From Vicinamibacterales bacterium (GTDB lineage: Bacteria > Acidobacteriota > Vicinamibacteria > Vicinamibacterales > 2-12-FULL-66-21), in contig DATJFQ010000098.1 in assembly GCA_035495555.1 (NCBI GenBank), forward strand, positions 12,325-76,324: a stretch of DNA of 64,000 nt. Direction: 5' to 3'. The notes beneath the pieces were generated by a model, which searched no databases, had not been told where the DNA came from, and worked only from the letters and a program-made list of their open reading frames with translations. Position numbers and translations under genes: made by a program. This document shows, one piece after another, positions 8,716-17,545 of this stretch; position 1 is the stretch's first letter, and each line of letters opens with the position of its first letter.

Positions 8716-11196
8716 ATGTTCAATGTGCTGCAGGACCTGCGTTTCGGCGCGCGCACGCTCCGCAAGACCCCCGGGTTCACCGCGATTGCGGTGGCGATGC
8801 TCGCGCTGGGCATCGGTGCGAACAGCGCGATGTTCACCGTCGTAAACGCGTTGTTGTTCAAATCGCTGGCCGGGCGGGCCGACGAGCTGGTGGGCGTCTT
8901 CACCCACGATCGTACCAAGCCCGACTCCTACCGCGCCTTTTCGTACCCGGAGTATCTCGACATTCGCGACCGCAGCGGCGTGTTCGACGGCCTGATGGCG
9001 CACGACTTCGCGATGGTCGGCTTACCGGAAGGCGACAGCACACGGCAGACGTTCGCCGACGTCGTCTCTTCGAACTTCTTCGACACGCTCGGCGTCCGGC
9101 TCGCCGCCGGCCGTACGTTCACCGCGGCGGAAGAGCGCCCCGGCGCGCGCATTCCGGTTGCGATCGTCGGCAACGATCGCGCCTCGCTCCTCGGCCACAC
9201 GCTCGAGATCAACACCATTGCTTTCACCGTCGTCGGCGTCGTGCCGCGGGGGTTCACCGGGACGATGGCGCTCGTGTCCCCGGAACTATGGCTGCCGATG
9301 GGCATGCACGACGTTGTCGTCAACGACATCTTCAGGCGGAAGAGCACGGGGCTCGAGGACCGAACCAATCGCTCGCTGGTACTCGCGGGCCGGCTGCAAG
9401 ACGGAGTGACGGTCCAGGGCGCCACCGCCAGGCTCGACGCACTGTCCCGGCAACTGGAAGCCGCGTATCCCGCCGACAACAAGAACCAGCAATTGACGAT
9501 TCATCCGCTCTCGCGGATGACCACCAGCACATCTCCGTCCAGCGATTCAGGCCTTGGGATCGCGGGCGGGTTGCTGATGGCGGTGGCCGCGGTCGTGCTC
9601 GTCATCGCGTGCCTGAACATCGCGAACATGCTGCTCGCGCGCGGGATGGCCCGGCGAAAAGAGATGGCGATCCGGCTCGCCGTTGGCAGCGGCCGCGGCC
9701 GGCTCGTGCGGCAGTTGCTGACCGAAGGGCTGCTGCTGGCGATGGTCGGGGCGGCGGGTGGCCTTCTGCTCGCGTTCTGGAGCACCAGGGCGCTCGTCCA
9801 GTCGTTCCAGGCCGTGCTGCCCCTGTCGGTGCAGTTCGACGCCCGGCCCGATGCCCTCGTGACGAGCGTGACGACGGCCGTCGCCGTCGCCGCTACGCTC
9901 CTCTTCGGCCTCGGCCCGGCGTTGAAAATGGCACGAACGGACGTCGTCAGCGACTTGAAGGAAGCCGCGAACGACACGTCGGTGTTCGGCCGCCGGTTCT
10001 CTGCACGAAACATCATGGTCGTCGGCCAGATCGCGCTCTCGCTCATGCTGCTCGCGGCGGGGGGCCTCTTCGCGCGCGGCGCACTGAAGGCGGCGGCTGC
10101 GACGCCGGGGTTCAGCTATGCGCAGGAACTGCTCGTCACCATCGATCCCAGCCTCGTCCAGTACCCCGAATCGCGAGGACGTGCGTCGCATCGCGACGCG
10201 CTGGCGCGCATCCGCGCGATGCCCGGCGTCGTTTCCGCCAGCTCTGCTTCGACGGTACCGTTCGGTGACATGCACGAAGGACGGCCGATCGAACGCGTCG
10301 GCGGCAATTCGACGCAACACGTCGAAAGCGTGTTCAGGATCATCGGCGCCGCCTATTTCCGAACGCTGAACCTGCCGATGCTGCGCGGTCGTGAGTTCAC
10401 CGCGGCCGAAGAGGACTCGCCCACCGCACCCCGCGTCGCCATCGTCGACGAGCGGCTCGCGCGCCGCCTCTTCGGCGACGACGACCCGATTGGCCAATCG
10501 ATCCGATTGCAGCATCGAGACGATCTGCAGGGCGCATACGACAGCGAGCCCATGGCGATCGTGGGCATCTCGGCCCCCATACGCGATGAGCTATTCGATC
10601 GCGAGGCGGGACCGGCGATCTACGTCCCTTCCGGACGGTTCTATCAGGCCATGACGAACGTCCACGTGCGCATCGCGCAGCCGGGAGCGGAAGCGGCAGT
10701 TCTGTCATCAATCCGGCAGGAGCTTCGCTCGCTCGATCCGCGGCTTCCGCTCCTGCAGGCCACCACCACGGCGTCGTTCCACGACAGGAGCATCGAGCTG
10801 TGGGCGGTGCGCGCGGGCGGCCGGCTGTTCCTCGTGTTCGGGCTTTTGGCCCTCTCGCTGGCCATCGTCGGTTTGTATGGCGTGAAGTCCTACGTCGTGT
10901 CGCAACGCACGAAAGAAATCGGGGTACGCATGGCGCTCGGCGCCGATCGCGGCGCCGTGTTGCAGATGATGCTCCAGGAAGGCGCCGTGCTCGCCGGGAT
11001 CGGCATCGCCGTCGGTCTTCCGTTGGCAGCGGCGCTCGGGAAGCTGCTGAGCGCAATGCTCTACGACGTGAAGCCGCTGGACCCGATCGTCTTCGTCTCG
11101 GCGCCGGCCCTGCTCGCGCTCGCTGCGCTCATCGCGACCTGGATTCCCGCGAGGCGAGCCACAAAGGTGAGTCCTTTGGCAGCGCTGCGGTCATGA
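8716..11196 (+). CDS. ADOP-family duplicated FtsX/MacB-type permease
   Basis: 826 aa. The N-terminus MFNVLQDLRFGARTLRKTPGFTAIAVAMLALGIGANSAMF is the hallmark of acidobacterial duplicated orphan permeases. Two FtsX modules are present. Confidence 0.9.
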   Translation: MFNVLQDLRFGARTLRKTPGFTAIAVAMLALGIGANSAMFTVVNALLFKSLAGRADELVGVFTHDRTKPDSYRAFSYPEYLDIRDRSGVFDGLMAHDFAMVGLPEGDSTRQTFADVVSSNFFDTLGVRLAAGRTFTAAEERPGARIPVAIVGNDRASLLGHTLEINTIAFTVVGVVPRGFTGTMALVSPELWLPMGMHDVVVNDIFRRKSTGLEDRTNRSLVLAGRLQDGVTVQGATARLDALSRQLEAAYPADNKNQQLTIHPLSRMTTSTSPSSDSGLGIAGGLLMAVAAVVLVIACLNIANMLLARGMARRKEMAIRLAVGSGRGRLVRQLLTEGLLLAMVGAAGGLLLAFWSTRALVQSFQAVLPLSVQFDARPDALVTSVTTAVAVAATLLFGLGPALKMARTDVVSDLKEAANDTSVFGRRFSARNIMVVGQIALSLMLLAAGGLFARGALKAAAATPGFSYAQELLVTIDPSLVQYPESRGRASHRDALARIRAMPGVVSASSASTVPFGDMHEGRPIERVGGNSTQHVESVFRIIGAAYFRTLNLPMLRGREFTAAEEDSPTAPRVAIVDERLARRLFGDDDPIGQSIRLQHRDDLQGAYDSEPMAIVGISAPIRDELFDREAGPAIYVPSGRFYQAMTNVHVRIAQPGAEAAVLSSIRQELRSLDPRLPLLQATTTASFHDRSIELWAVRAGGRLFLVFGLLALSLAIVGLYGVKSYVVSQRTKEIGVRMALGADRGAVLQMMLQEGAVLAGIGIAVGLPLAAALGKLLSAMLYDVKPLDPIVFVSAPALLALAALIATWIPARRATKVSPLAALRS

Positions 11197-11201
11197 CGGC
11201 A

Positions 11202-11312
11202 GTCAACTACGCAATTTCACAACTACCAACTACACAAGGCGCGATCGCTTGGAAGTTGTCGCCTTAGTTGGTAGTTGCCGTGAGTAGTTGGTAGTTGCGA
11301 AGTTATGTAGTT
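11202..11312. repeat. inverted heptamer-repeat hairpin (CAACTAC/CCAACTA arm versus TAGTTGG/TAGTTGC arm)
   Basis: Left arm GTCAACTACGCAATTTCACAACTACCAACTACACAA. Right arm ..TTAGTTGGTAGTTGCCGTGAGTAGTTGGTAGTTGCGAAGTT.. Lies between convergent gene ends and overlaps the S9 peptidase stop. Confidence 0.8.
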
Positions 11313-14163
11313 ATCGCGCCCCACCCTTCTGTTGCGACGTCGTCTTCGACTTCGCCGGCTCGTAGAGCGGCGTCACATCGCGCCGTCCGCGCTCGAGATA
11401 GGGCACGCCCTTCTCCATCCACTCCGGCTTCGATTTCCCGAGCAGGTAGTAATCGAAGAACTCGTCGAGGTGGACGGTCCAGTACTTCTGGTTGTCGCGA
11501 TCCCGCAGCCCGTGCTTTTCGCCGTTGAAGCTGAACATGTACGCCTCTTTGCCGAGGCGCCGCATCGCGCTGAAGAACTCGATGCCCTGATACCACGGCA
11601 CGGCGTCGTCTTCGTCGTTATGGATGGTCAGGTACGGCGTGTGAATCTTCTCCACCCAGAAGATTGGCGAGTTCTCGATGTACTGCAGCGGATCCACCCA
11701 GGGCGGCCCGCCGATGCGGGACTGCGTCTTCTCGTACTGGAACGCGCGTGACATGCCGGTGCCCCAGCGGATGCCGCCATACGCACTGATCATGTTCGCA
11801 ACCGATGCTCCCGCTTCGACGGCGCGGAACAGGTCGGTTCGCGTGATCAGATACGTGATCTCGTAACCGCCCCAACTGTGTCCCTGAATCCCGATTCGCT
11901 TCGGGTCGACGAATCCTTTCGCCACGACCGACTGCACGGCCGGAATGACACACTTGAACGCGCTCTCGCCCGGATAGCCGATGTCGTACACGATGTCGGG
12001 CTCGAGGACGACGTAGCCGTTGCTGACGTAGCGCGTGATGTTGATGCTCGTCCCGGGCGACGGCGCGTGATACGAGTGCAGTCCGTTGGTCAATTCCTCG
12101 TAGATGTAGACCATCAGCGGGTACTTCTTCGAGGCATCGAAGCCGTCCGGTTTGAACAAGAGGCCGCGGAGCGGCTTCCCGTCGGCGTTCACGTAGTCGA
12201 CGAGTTCAGCGGTGCCCCACGCGTACTGCGATTGCTGCGGGTTGGCGTCGGTCACCTTCTTCATGTTCGCGAAGCTGCCGTCGCTCACCCACAGGTCCGG
12301 AAATTCTTCGAAGCGCGAGAGGCTGTAGACGAGCACGTCGGCGTTCTTTGCTTTCGTCGGGCGGCCGAACTGCTTGTCGAGCATCACGACTTTTTCGGGC
12401 GCGGCGGATTGGGCGAGCGTGATCCGGTAGAAGCCGGTCGCCTTCGTGCGGTCGTCGGTAGTGTCGAGGAGCAGCGGGCGATCGGGTGGAATGCTCCGCT
12501 CGTCTGGATCGAGGCGCTGGTACCGGAACACGAGGCTCTGCTGGCGTCCGAAGCCTTGCGTCACCATGTATGCGCCCGTTCCGTCGGGTTTAACCTCCCA
12601 GATGTCGTACCGGTCGTACAGCAGGACGGACTTGTCGCCGGCGGTCCATCCGGCCACGCCGTACGGCGAGGGCTGACCTGGCGTATCCCATGTCTCGTCT
12701 TCGAAGCTGACCTTCAGCCCTCGTGTGAGTGGAACCGCGGTGGTCGTTCCGACCTTCTGAGCGAACCACGCGTGGCTTTCGTCGGAGTACCAGAGGATGT
12801 AATTGCCGCCGGGCGACAGCATCGGCGTGAAGTGCTGATGGGACAGAACGCGTGTCTTCGCGCCCGTGTTCAGGTCGACGACGTACGCGTCGTTGTAATC
12901 GCCGTCCCACGAGATGAGCTGCTGATACGGCACATCCGACTCGCCGAGCGCCACTGGCGCGCCGTCGGTCACGCGCAAATCCGGCATCTCCGGGGATGCG
13001 AGCTGCATGAACTTGCGATCCTTCATCCGCACGACGGCCTGGTAACTGCGCTTCTTCTCTTCGTCGGCGCGGACGCGCTGCATCGGCTGGAGCAGCGGAT
13101 CCTTGTAGTTCCAGATGTCGACCTTGACGGGATCAGGCGCATCTTCGGGCTGCGGAGCGGGAACAGGTGCGGTGCCGAAGAAGAGATGCGCGCCGGTCTT
13201 CGAGAACGACACCTTGCCGTTTTCGCTGACGCTCATGCCTTCCGGCATGCCGGCCGTACGGGCGGTCACGAGCGCGGCAGCGCCGCTGTCGGCCCTCGTC
13301 CAGTAGTACAGCTTGAACGGGCTCGGGTCGTTCCGGTAGTCGTCGCGATCGCTCACGAAGGCGAGCTGCTTGCCCGCATCGTCGAACGCGAAATCCTTGT
13401 AGTGGCCGATGCCGCGGGCCAGCGGAGTCGTGCTGCCCTCCGCCGTGCGCACGAATGCGCCGTCGGCGTCGCCCGACTTCGAAGATGTCCCGTAGGCGAG
13501 CATCGAGCCGTCCTTCGACCATGTGTATTCGACGACGTCGGGGATTGTCGTCGACGTGCCGGACTGCAGGTCGCGAACGATCAACTCGGTGCCCGCGTCC
13601 TTTTTCTTCTCTTTCTTTTTCGGCGCGGTGGCGTCAGGCTCTTTCTTCTCCGCCTCCTTGTCGTCGTCTTTTTTCGCAGTGGCCTTCGCGGGTTCGAGGA
13701 GGTAGGCCACCGAACGAGACCCGTCCTCGGCGACCTTGAAGCTCTTGACGCGATCGGCGGTAAAGACCTGCCCGTTCGCCAGGGACATCACGCCCATGCC
13801 GCTTTTGGGCTGATCCTCAGGCTTCTTCTTCTCCTTTTTCGCCTTGTCGAGGTCGGCCCGAGTTGGCGAGACCGCAAACACCACGAAGCGGCCGTCCGCG
13901 GTAATCACAGGAGACTTGCCGCGCGGCGCGCGGTACTCGGCGCCCGTTTTCAGGTTGCGCGCCACGAGTTCGCCGTCGGCTTCCTCGGGCACCAGTGCGT
14001 AGACGAGCCACGTCCCATCGCGCGAGAGCTGGGTGTTTTGAATCGAACGCCAGCCGTCGTACACGTCGTACGAGAGCGGCCGTTTCTGCTGCGCCAGGGG
14101 ATGGGCGGCAGCGCAGATGGTGAGGACGATGCCAAGCAGGAGCCGGCGGGGGCGTTGAAGCAT
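11311..14163 (-). CDS. S9 prolyl-oligopeptidase-family serine peptidase with N-terminal beta-propeller region
   Basis: 950 aa with a signal peptide. The C-terminal catalytic domain has GHSWGGY, DEDDAVP and GEKHGL (Ser/Asp/His). Confidence 0.9.
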   Translation of the reverse strand: MLQRPRRLLLGIVLTICAAAHPLAQQKRPLSYDVYDGWRSIQNTQLSRDGTWLVYALVPEEADGELVARNLKTGAEYRAPRGKSPVITADGRFVVFAVSPTRADLDKAKKEKKKPEDQPKSGMGVMSLANGQVFTADRVKSFKVAEDGSRSVAYLLEPAKATAKKDDDKEAEKKEPDATAPKKKEKKKDAGTELIVRDLQSGTSTTIPDVVEYTWSKDGSMLAYGTSSKSGDADGAFVRTAEGSTTPLARGIGHYKDFAFDDAGKQLAFVSDRDDYRNDPSPFKLYYWTRADSGAAALVTARTAGMPEGMSVSENGKVSFSKTGAHLFFGTAPVPAPQPEDAPDPVKVDIWNYKDPLLQPMQRVRADEEKKRSYQAVVRMKDRKFMQLASPEMPDLRVTDGAPVALGESDVPYQQLISWDGDYNDAYVVDLNTGAKTRVLSHQHFTPMLSPGGNYILWYSDESHAWFAQKVGTTTAVPLTRGLKVSFEDETWDTPGQPSPYGVAGWTAGDKSVLLYDRYDIWEVKPDGTGAYMVTQGFGRQQSLVFRYQRLDPDERSIPPDRPLLLDTTDDRTKATGFYRITLAQSAAPEKVVMLDKQFGRPTKAKNADVLVYSLSRFEEFPDLWVSDGSFANMKKVTDANPQQSQYAWGTAELVDYVNADGKPLRGLLFKPDGFDASKKYPLMVYIYEELTNGLHSYHAPSPGTSINITRYVSNGYVVLEPDIVYDIGYPGESAFKCVIPAVQSVVAKGFVDPKRIGIQGHSWGGYEITYLITRTDLFRAVEAGASVANMISAYGGIRWGTGMSRAFQYEKTQSRIGGPPWVDPLQYIENSPIFWVEKIHTPYLTIHNDEDDAVPWYQGIEFFSAMRRLGKEAYMFSFNGEKHGLRDRDNQKYWTVHLDEFFDYYLLGKSKPEWMEKGVPYLERGRRDVTPLYEPAKSKTTSQQKGGAR

Positions 14164-14194
14164 GGCGGCATCATAGACGAGGTGTGCCGCGGAT

Positions 14195-14273
14195 CAACTC
14201 CCAACGCCCAACGCCCAATATGAATTGCGAATTGAATTGGAAGTTGGGAATTGGGAATTGGGAATTGGGAATT
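14195..14273. repeat. inverted heptamer-repeat hairpin, TTGGGAR family (archetype)
   Basis: Left arm CAACTCC CAACGCC CAACGCC CAATAT. Right arm ..TTGGAAG(TTGGGAA)4TT. Located between the ABC-operon 3' end and the S9 peptidase start. Confidence 0.9.
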
Positions 14274-15666
14274 ATTTGTTTCGGAAAGTCTCAGCACTCC
14301 CCGGTGCAGCGAAGCGGTACTGCTTGTTTCCAACGCGCGCCTCGACTTCGTATCGAGCCCGCATCTGCAGAAAGTCGAGCCCGTCGCCCACGCGGCCTCG
14401 CGTCATCGGCGTCATCGTCGTCTGGTCCACAGAGAGCGTCAGCGTCGCCTGAATCGATTCACCCGAGGCGCGGACGACGATGCGTGCGGGCCGATCCGTG
14501 CCGGGCGCATTCGTCTCGTCGATCGTCGCATCCGTGGAAAAGGCGAGCGGCCCCGAGGGCCCGAGCACGGCGAGAAACCCCGGCACGTGCTGCGGGTCGG
14601 CAGCATCGGCCGGAGGGCGCACGCGGCCATACACGAAGGAAATGCCCTCGTGCTGCACCTGTCCCCACTGCCAGGACACGCCCTCCCAGAAGCCCCAGTT
14701 GTGATCGTGATATCCAGTGCCGCCGGAGAAGTCGACGGTTTGGGTGCCCACGGTCAGCGACCCGTCGAGGGTTCCGGAGGTGACCGGCACCGTGTAGCCC
14801 GACAGCCACCCGCCCGCGCCTTCGAGCACGAACGGCGGGACGGACCGATCGGGATCGGCGTGCACGACGATGTCTCCCGTCGCGCGCAAGCGACCCGACT
14901 CCGATGGCAGATCGAGGTGAATCCGATAGCCGACGCCCGTCAGTCGGACCGTCGTCGTTTCGACGCTCAAATCAGGCGCGTCCTCGATCAAAGCGTCGGG
15001 ATCGATCTCGCGACGGGCGGAATAGGCGGACATCACACCGTTGCGCTCCAATTGCAGGCGCGCGACGAGGGATCGGTGGCCGCTCGCGTCGACGGGTCCC
15101 GCGAGAAATGTCAGGTAGAAACGCCCGGCGCGTGCGATGCCGTTGAAGTACAGCCACTCAGCCCAGGAACCCGCGCGCGACGGCACATCGGGGACGGGGT
15201 GAAAGCGATCGATGCCGCGGAGCACCGACGACGCGTCGATGTCGAGCCACCGGCGATCTCCCGCCGAGTCCACCCAGGCCGGGATGCTGGCAATCTCGTG
15301 ACTCCCGAGCGCGCGATCGGAGGATGGGATGCTGCCGTGCATCGCCACCGGGATGCTGCGGCCGTCGTGGCGAAGGTACACGGTGTCGCGGATCGACGGG
15401 GCCAATGCCCGCACGGCCGTGCCGAACGGACCATTCGTGCGCAGTTGATACAGCACGAACCGGCCGTTCGCGATGCGGCCGGCGGCCGATCCGATGCGGA
15501 CGTCTCCACCTCCGACGAGTGCGGGCGCGCGGGCCTGGTCGAGGATGACGTCGCCGACGCCGAGGAGCACCGCCATCACGCCGACCCCGAGGCCGAAACC
15601 GATCGCCAGGACGGCGCTGCGCACCGGCCGCGCGGCAATCGAACGAAACGCGAGCTTCAACAGCAC
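14272..15666 (-). CDS. membrane-anchored AttH/CrtC-like (COG5621) lipocalin-fold protein
   Basis: GTG at 15666 (or TTG at 15660) overlaps the ATPase stop. The N-terminus LKLAFRSIAARPVRSAVLAIGFGLGVGVMAVLL looks like FtsX TM1. It is followed by EWLYFNG and YHDHNWGFW motifs, as in AttH/hydroxyneurosporene-synthase-like domains. Confidence 0.7.
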   Translation of the reverse strand: MLLKLAFRSIAARPVRSAVLAIGFGLGVGVMAVLLGVGDVILDQARAPALVGGGDVRIGSAAGRIANGRFVLYQLRTNGPFGTAVRALAPSIRDTVYLRHDGRSIPVAMHGSIPSSDRALGSHEIASIPAWVDSAGDRRWLDIDASSVLRGIDRFHPVPDVPSRAGSWAEWLYFNGIARAGRFYLTFLAGPVDASGHRSLVARLQLERNGVMSAYSARREIDPDALIEDAPDLSVETTTVRLTGVGYRIHLDLPSESGRLRATGDIVVHADPDRSVPPFVLEGAGGWLSGYTVPVTSGTLDGSLTVGTQTVDFSGGTGYHDHNWGFWEGVSWQWGQVQHEGISFVYGRVRPPADAADPQHVPGFLAVLGPSGPLAFSTDATIDETNAPGTDRPARIVVRASGESIQATLTLSVDQTTMTPMTRGRVGDGLDFLQMRARYEVEARVGNKQYRFAAPGSAETFRNK

Positions 15667-16352
15667 GGGCGTGTCGTCTCCTCGACGATCTCGCCGTCGC
15701 GCATGCGCACGCTGCGCGAGGCGCGTGCCGCGACCTCCGGATCGTGCGTGACGACGACGAGCGCGGTGCCATCGGCATTCAAGCGATCGAACAGCGACAC
15801 GATCTGGGCGCCCGTCGCCTGGTCCAGCTCTCCGGTCGGCTCGTCGGCGAGCAGCAGACCCGGACGATTGGCGAGCGCGCGCGCAATCGCCACACGCTGC
15901 ATCTCGCCGCCCGAGAGCTCCGCCGGGCGATGCGAGGCTCGCGCCGACAGGCCGACGTACTCGAGCAGCTCGCGCGTCCGCTGCCGCCGCTCTGCCCGGC
16001 TCACGCCGGCTTCGGCCTGCGGCAGCTCCACGTTCTCCCACGCGCTGAGCATCGGCAGCAGAAAGAATCGCTGGAACACGAAGCCGATTCGCCGGAGCCG
16101 CAGTGCGCTGCGCGCGGAGTCGCTGAGCGTACTCACATCGATGTCGTCCACCAGCACCGAGCCTGCGGTGGGCACATCGATGCAGCCGAGGAGGTGCAGC
16201 AGCGTGCTCTTGCCGCAGCCCGACGGACCGACCACGCTGACGTATTCACCGGGCTGGACGGACAGCGAAACGCCCCGCAGCGCGTGCACAGCACCGGCGG
16301 GCATCACGAACGTCCGCGACACGGCGTTGGCGGCCACGACCGGAACGGTCAT
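15657..16352 (-). CDS. ABC transporter ATP-binding protein (MacB/LolD-type)
   Basis: 231 aa with Walker A GPSGCGKST, signature LSGGEMQRVAIARAL and Walker B LLLADEPTG. Its ATG overlaps the upstream stop (ATGA). The rest of the 621-aa ORF is spurious. Confidence 0.95.
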   Translation of the reverse strand: MTVPVVAANAVSRTFVMPAGAVHALRGVSLSVQPGEYVSVVGPSGCGKSTLLHLLGCIDVPTAGSVLVDDIDVSTLSDSARSALRLRRIGFVFQRFFLLPMLSAWENVELPQAEAGVSRAERRQRTRELLEYVGLSARASHRPAELSGGEMQRVAIARALANRPGLLLADEPTGELDQATGAQIVSLFDRLNADGTALVVVTHDPEVAARASRSVRMRDGEIVEETTRPCC

Positions 16353-17545
16353 GAGACCACCTCGCGCCGCAGCGTTGCCGCGATCGGAAGCGTTGCCACC
16401 AGCCGCATCGGATAGACGGCCGCGAGCACGGCCCCGATGACGAGCAGCGCCGCGTGAACTTCGAGCGCGTGCAGGGTGAAGACGAAGAAGCGCGCGTCGG
16501 CCGGAATTCCGGGCATCGAACGGAGAATGGCGTCCAGCCATCGCGACAGCAGCCCTCCGATTGGCACCGCTGCGATCCCTCCCAGGCCGATGAACAGCGC
16601 CGACTCGCAGAGCACACCTGCCATCACGCGGGCGCGAGACAGCCCCAGCGCGCGGAGCGCGGCGATTTCGCCAAGCTGTTGATTCACCGACACCGTGAGC
16701 AGAACGGTGATGAGCAGCAGTCCGAAAAACAGCGTCACCGTCGTCAACACGCTCGAGAGCTGCCGGAAGTACGAGAACTCGACCCGGCTGAATCGCTCCA
16801 CGATCTGCTCGTTCGTGAGCGCGTGGAGCGCGGGAAAGGCGGCCCGAATGGCCGCTGCCGCGGCATCTGGTCCGCCGGCGGCGGGATTCGACTGGACGAG
16901 CAGCATGTCGGCGAGGTCGCCGCGCTCGCCGCAGAGCGCCGCGACGGCCTGAGACGACGTCGCCGCGGTGAGCGCGTCGGCGGCATCGTTCTGAAACTCT
17001 GCGACGCCGGCGACCGTCGCGTCCAGCGGAAGAGGCCGTGACGCGTCCCCGCAGCGCCCGTTCAGGACGACCGGCGACCCAACCGTCAGGTGAAATGTGC
17101 GAGCGAAATTGCGGTTGATCACGAGCGGTGCGGGCGACGCCTGGGCATTTGGTGGTGCCCCTTCGAGGAGCGTCCACGGTACCGGTGCGCCGAGGTCCAC
17201 GCCGGCAACCGCCAGATGACGAGTCGAGGGATGATCGGCGACATCGGCTGACGCCACACGGACCCGCTGTACAGCAGCGATCGATGGCTCCCGTCCGAGT
17301 TCGGTCAGCTTCGCGGATACGTGGTCGATGGGTGGCCCGGCGATGACGGCGCTCTCCGACGCGATCACACGCACGTCGAACCCGGAGCGATCGAGCCGCT
17401 CTCTGAACGACACGAGCAGTCCGTTCGACAGCAGCAGCATGTCGAACAGAAGTGCGCCGATGGCTGTCACGCCAATTACACCGAGCAGCATGCGCCCAGG
17501 CTCGCGGCGGAGGCGCAGCCACGCAAACGCGAGCGCGCGCCTCAT
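16349..17545 (-). CDS. ABC transporter permease, FtsX family
   Basis: MRRALAFAWLRLRREPGRMLLGVIGVTAIGA (TM1), a periplasmic domain, then a C-terminal 3-TM FtsX module. Its ATG overlaps the upstream stop. Confidence 0.85.
   Translation of the reverse strand: MRRALAFAWLRLRREPGRMLLGVIGVTAIGALLFDMLLLSNGLLVSFRERLDRSGFDVRVIASESAVIAGPPIDHVSAKLTELGREPSIAAVQRVRVASADVADHPSTRHLAVAGVDLGAPVPWTLLEGAPPNAQASPAPLVINRNFARTFHLTVGSPVVLNGRCGDASRPLPLDATVAGVAEFQNDAADALTAATSSQAVAALCGERGDLADMLLVQSNPAAGGPDAAAAAIRAAFPALHALTNEQIVERFSRVEFSYFRQLSSVLTTVTLFFGLLLITVLLTVSVNQQLGEIAALRALGLSRARVMAGVLCESALFIGLGGIAAVPIGGLLSRWLDAILRSMPGIPADARFFVFTLHALEVHAALLVIGAVLAAVYPMRLVATLPIAATLRREVVS

Noticed and set aside
11878-14223. 781-aa plus-strand ORF; the same applies to 43058..45274 and 46567..48597
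   Set aside because: All three are shadow ORFs opposite strongly supported genes (S9 peptidase, VWA protein, HtrA). They extend through repeat arms, yielding NSQLPTPNSQ / WELGIGNWELG peptides.
16353-17522. Upstream 390 aa of ORF 15657..17522
   Set aside because: It overlaps the FtsX permease in another frame. The ABC ATPase domain starts at the ATG at 16352, which overlaps the permease stop.
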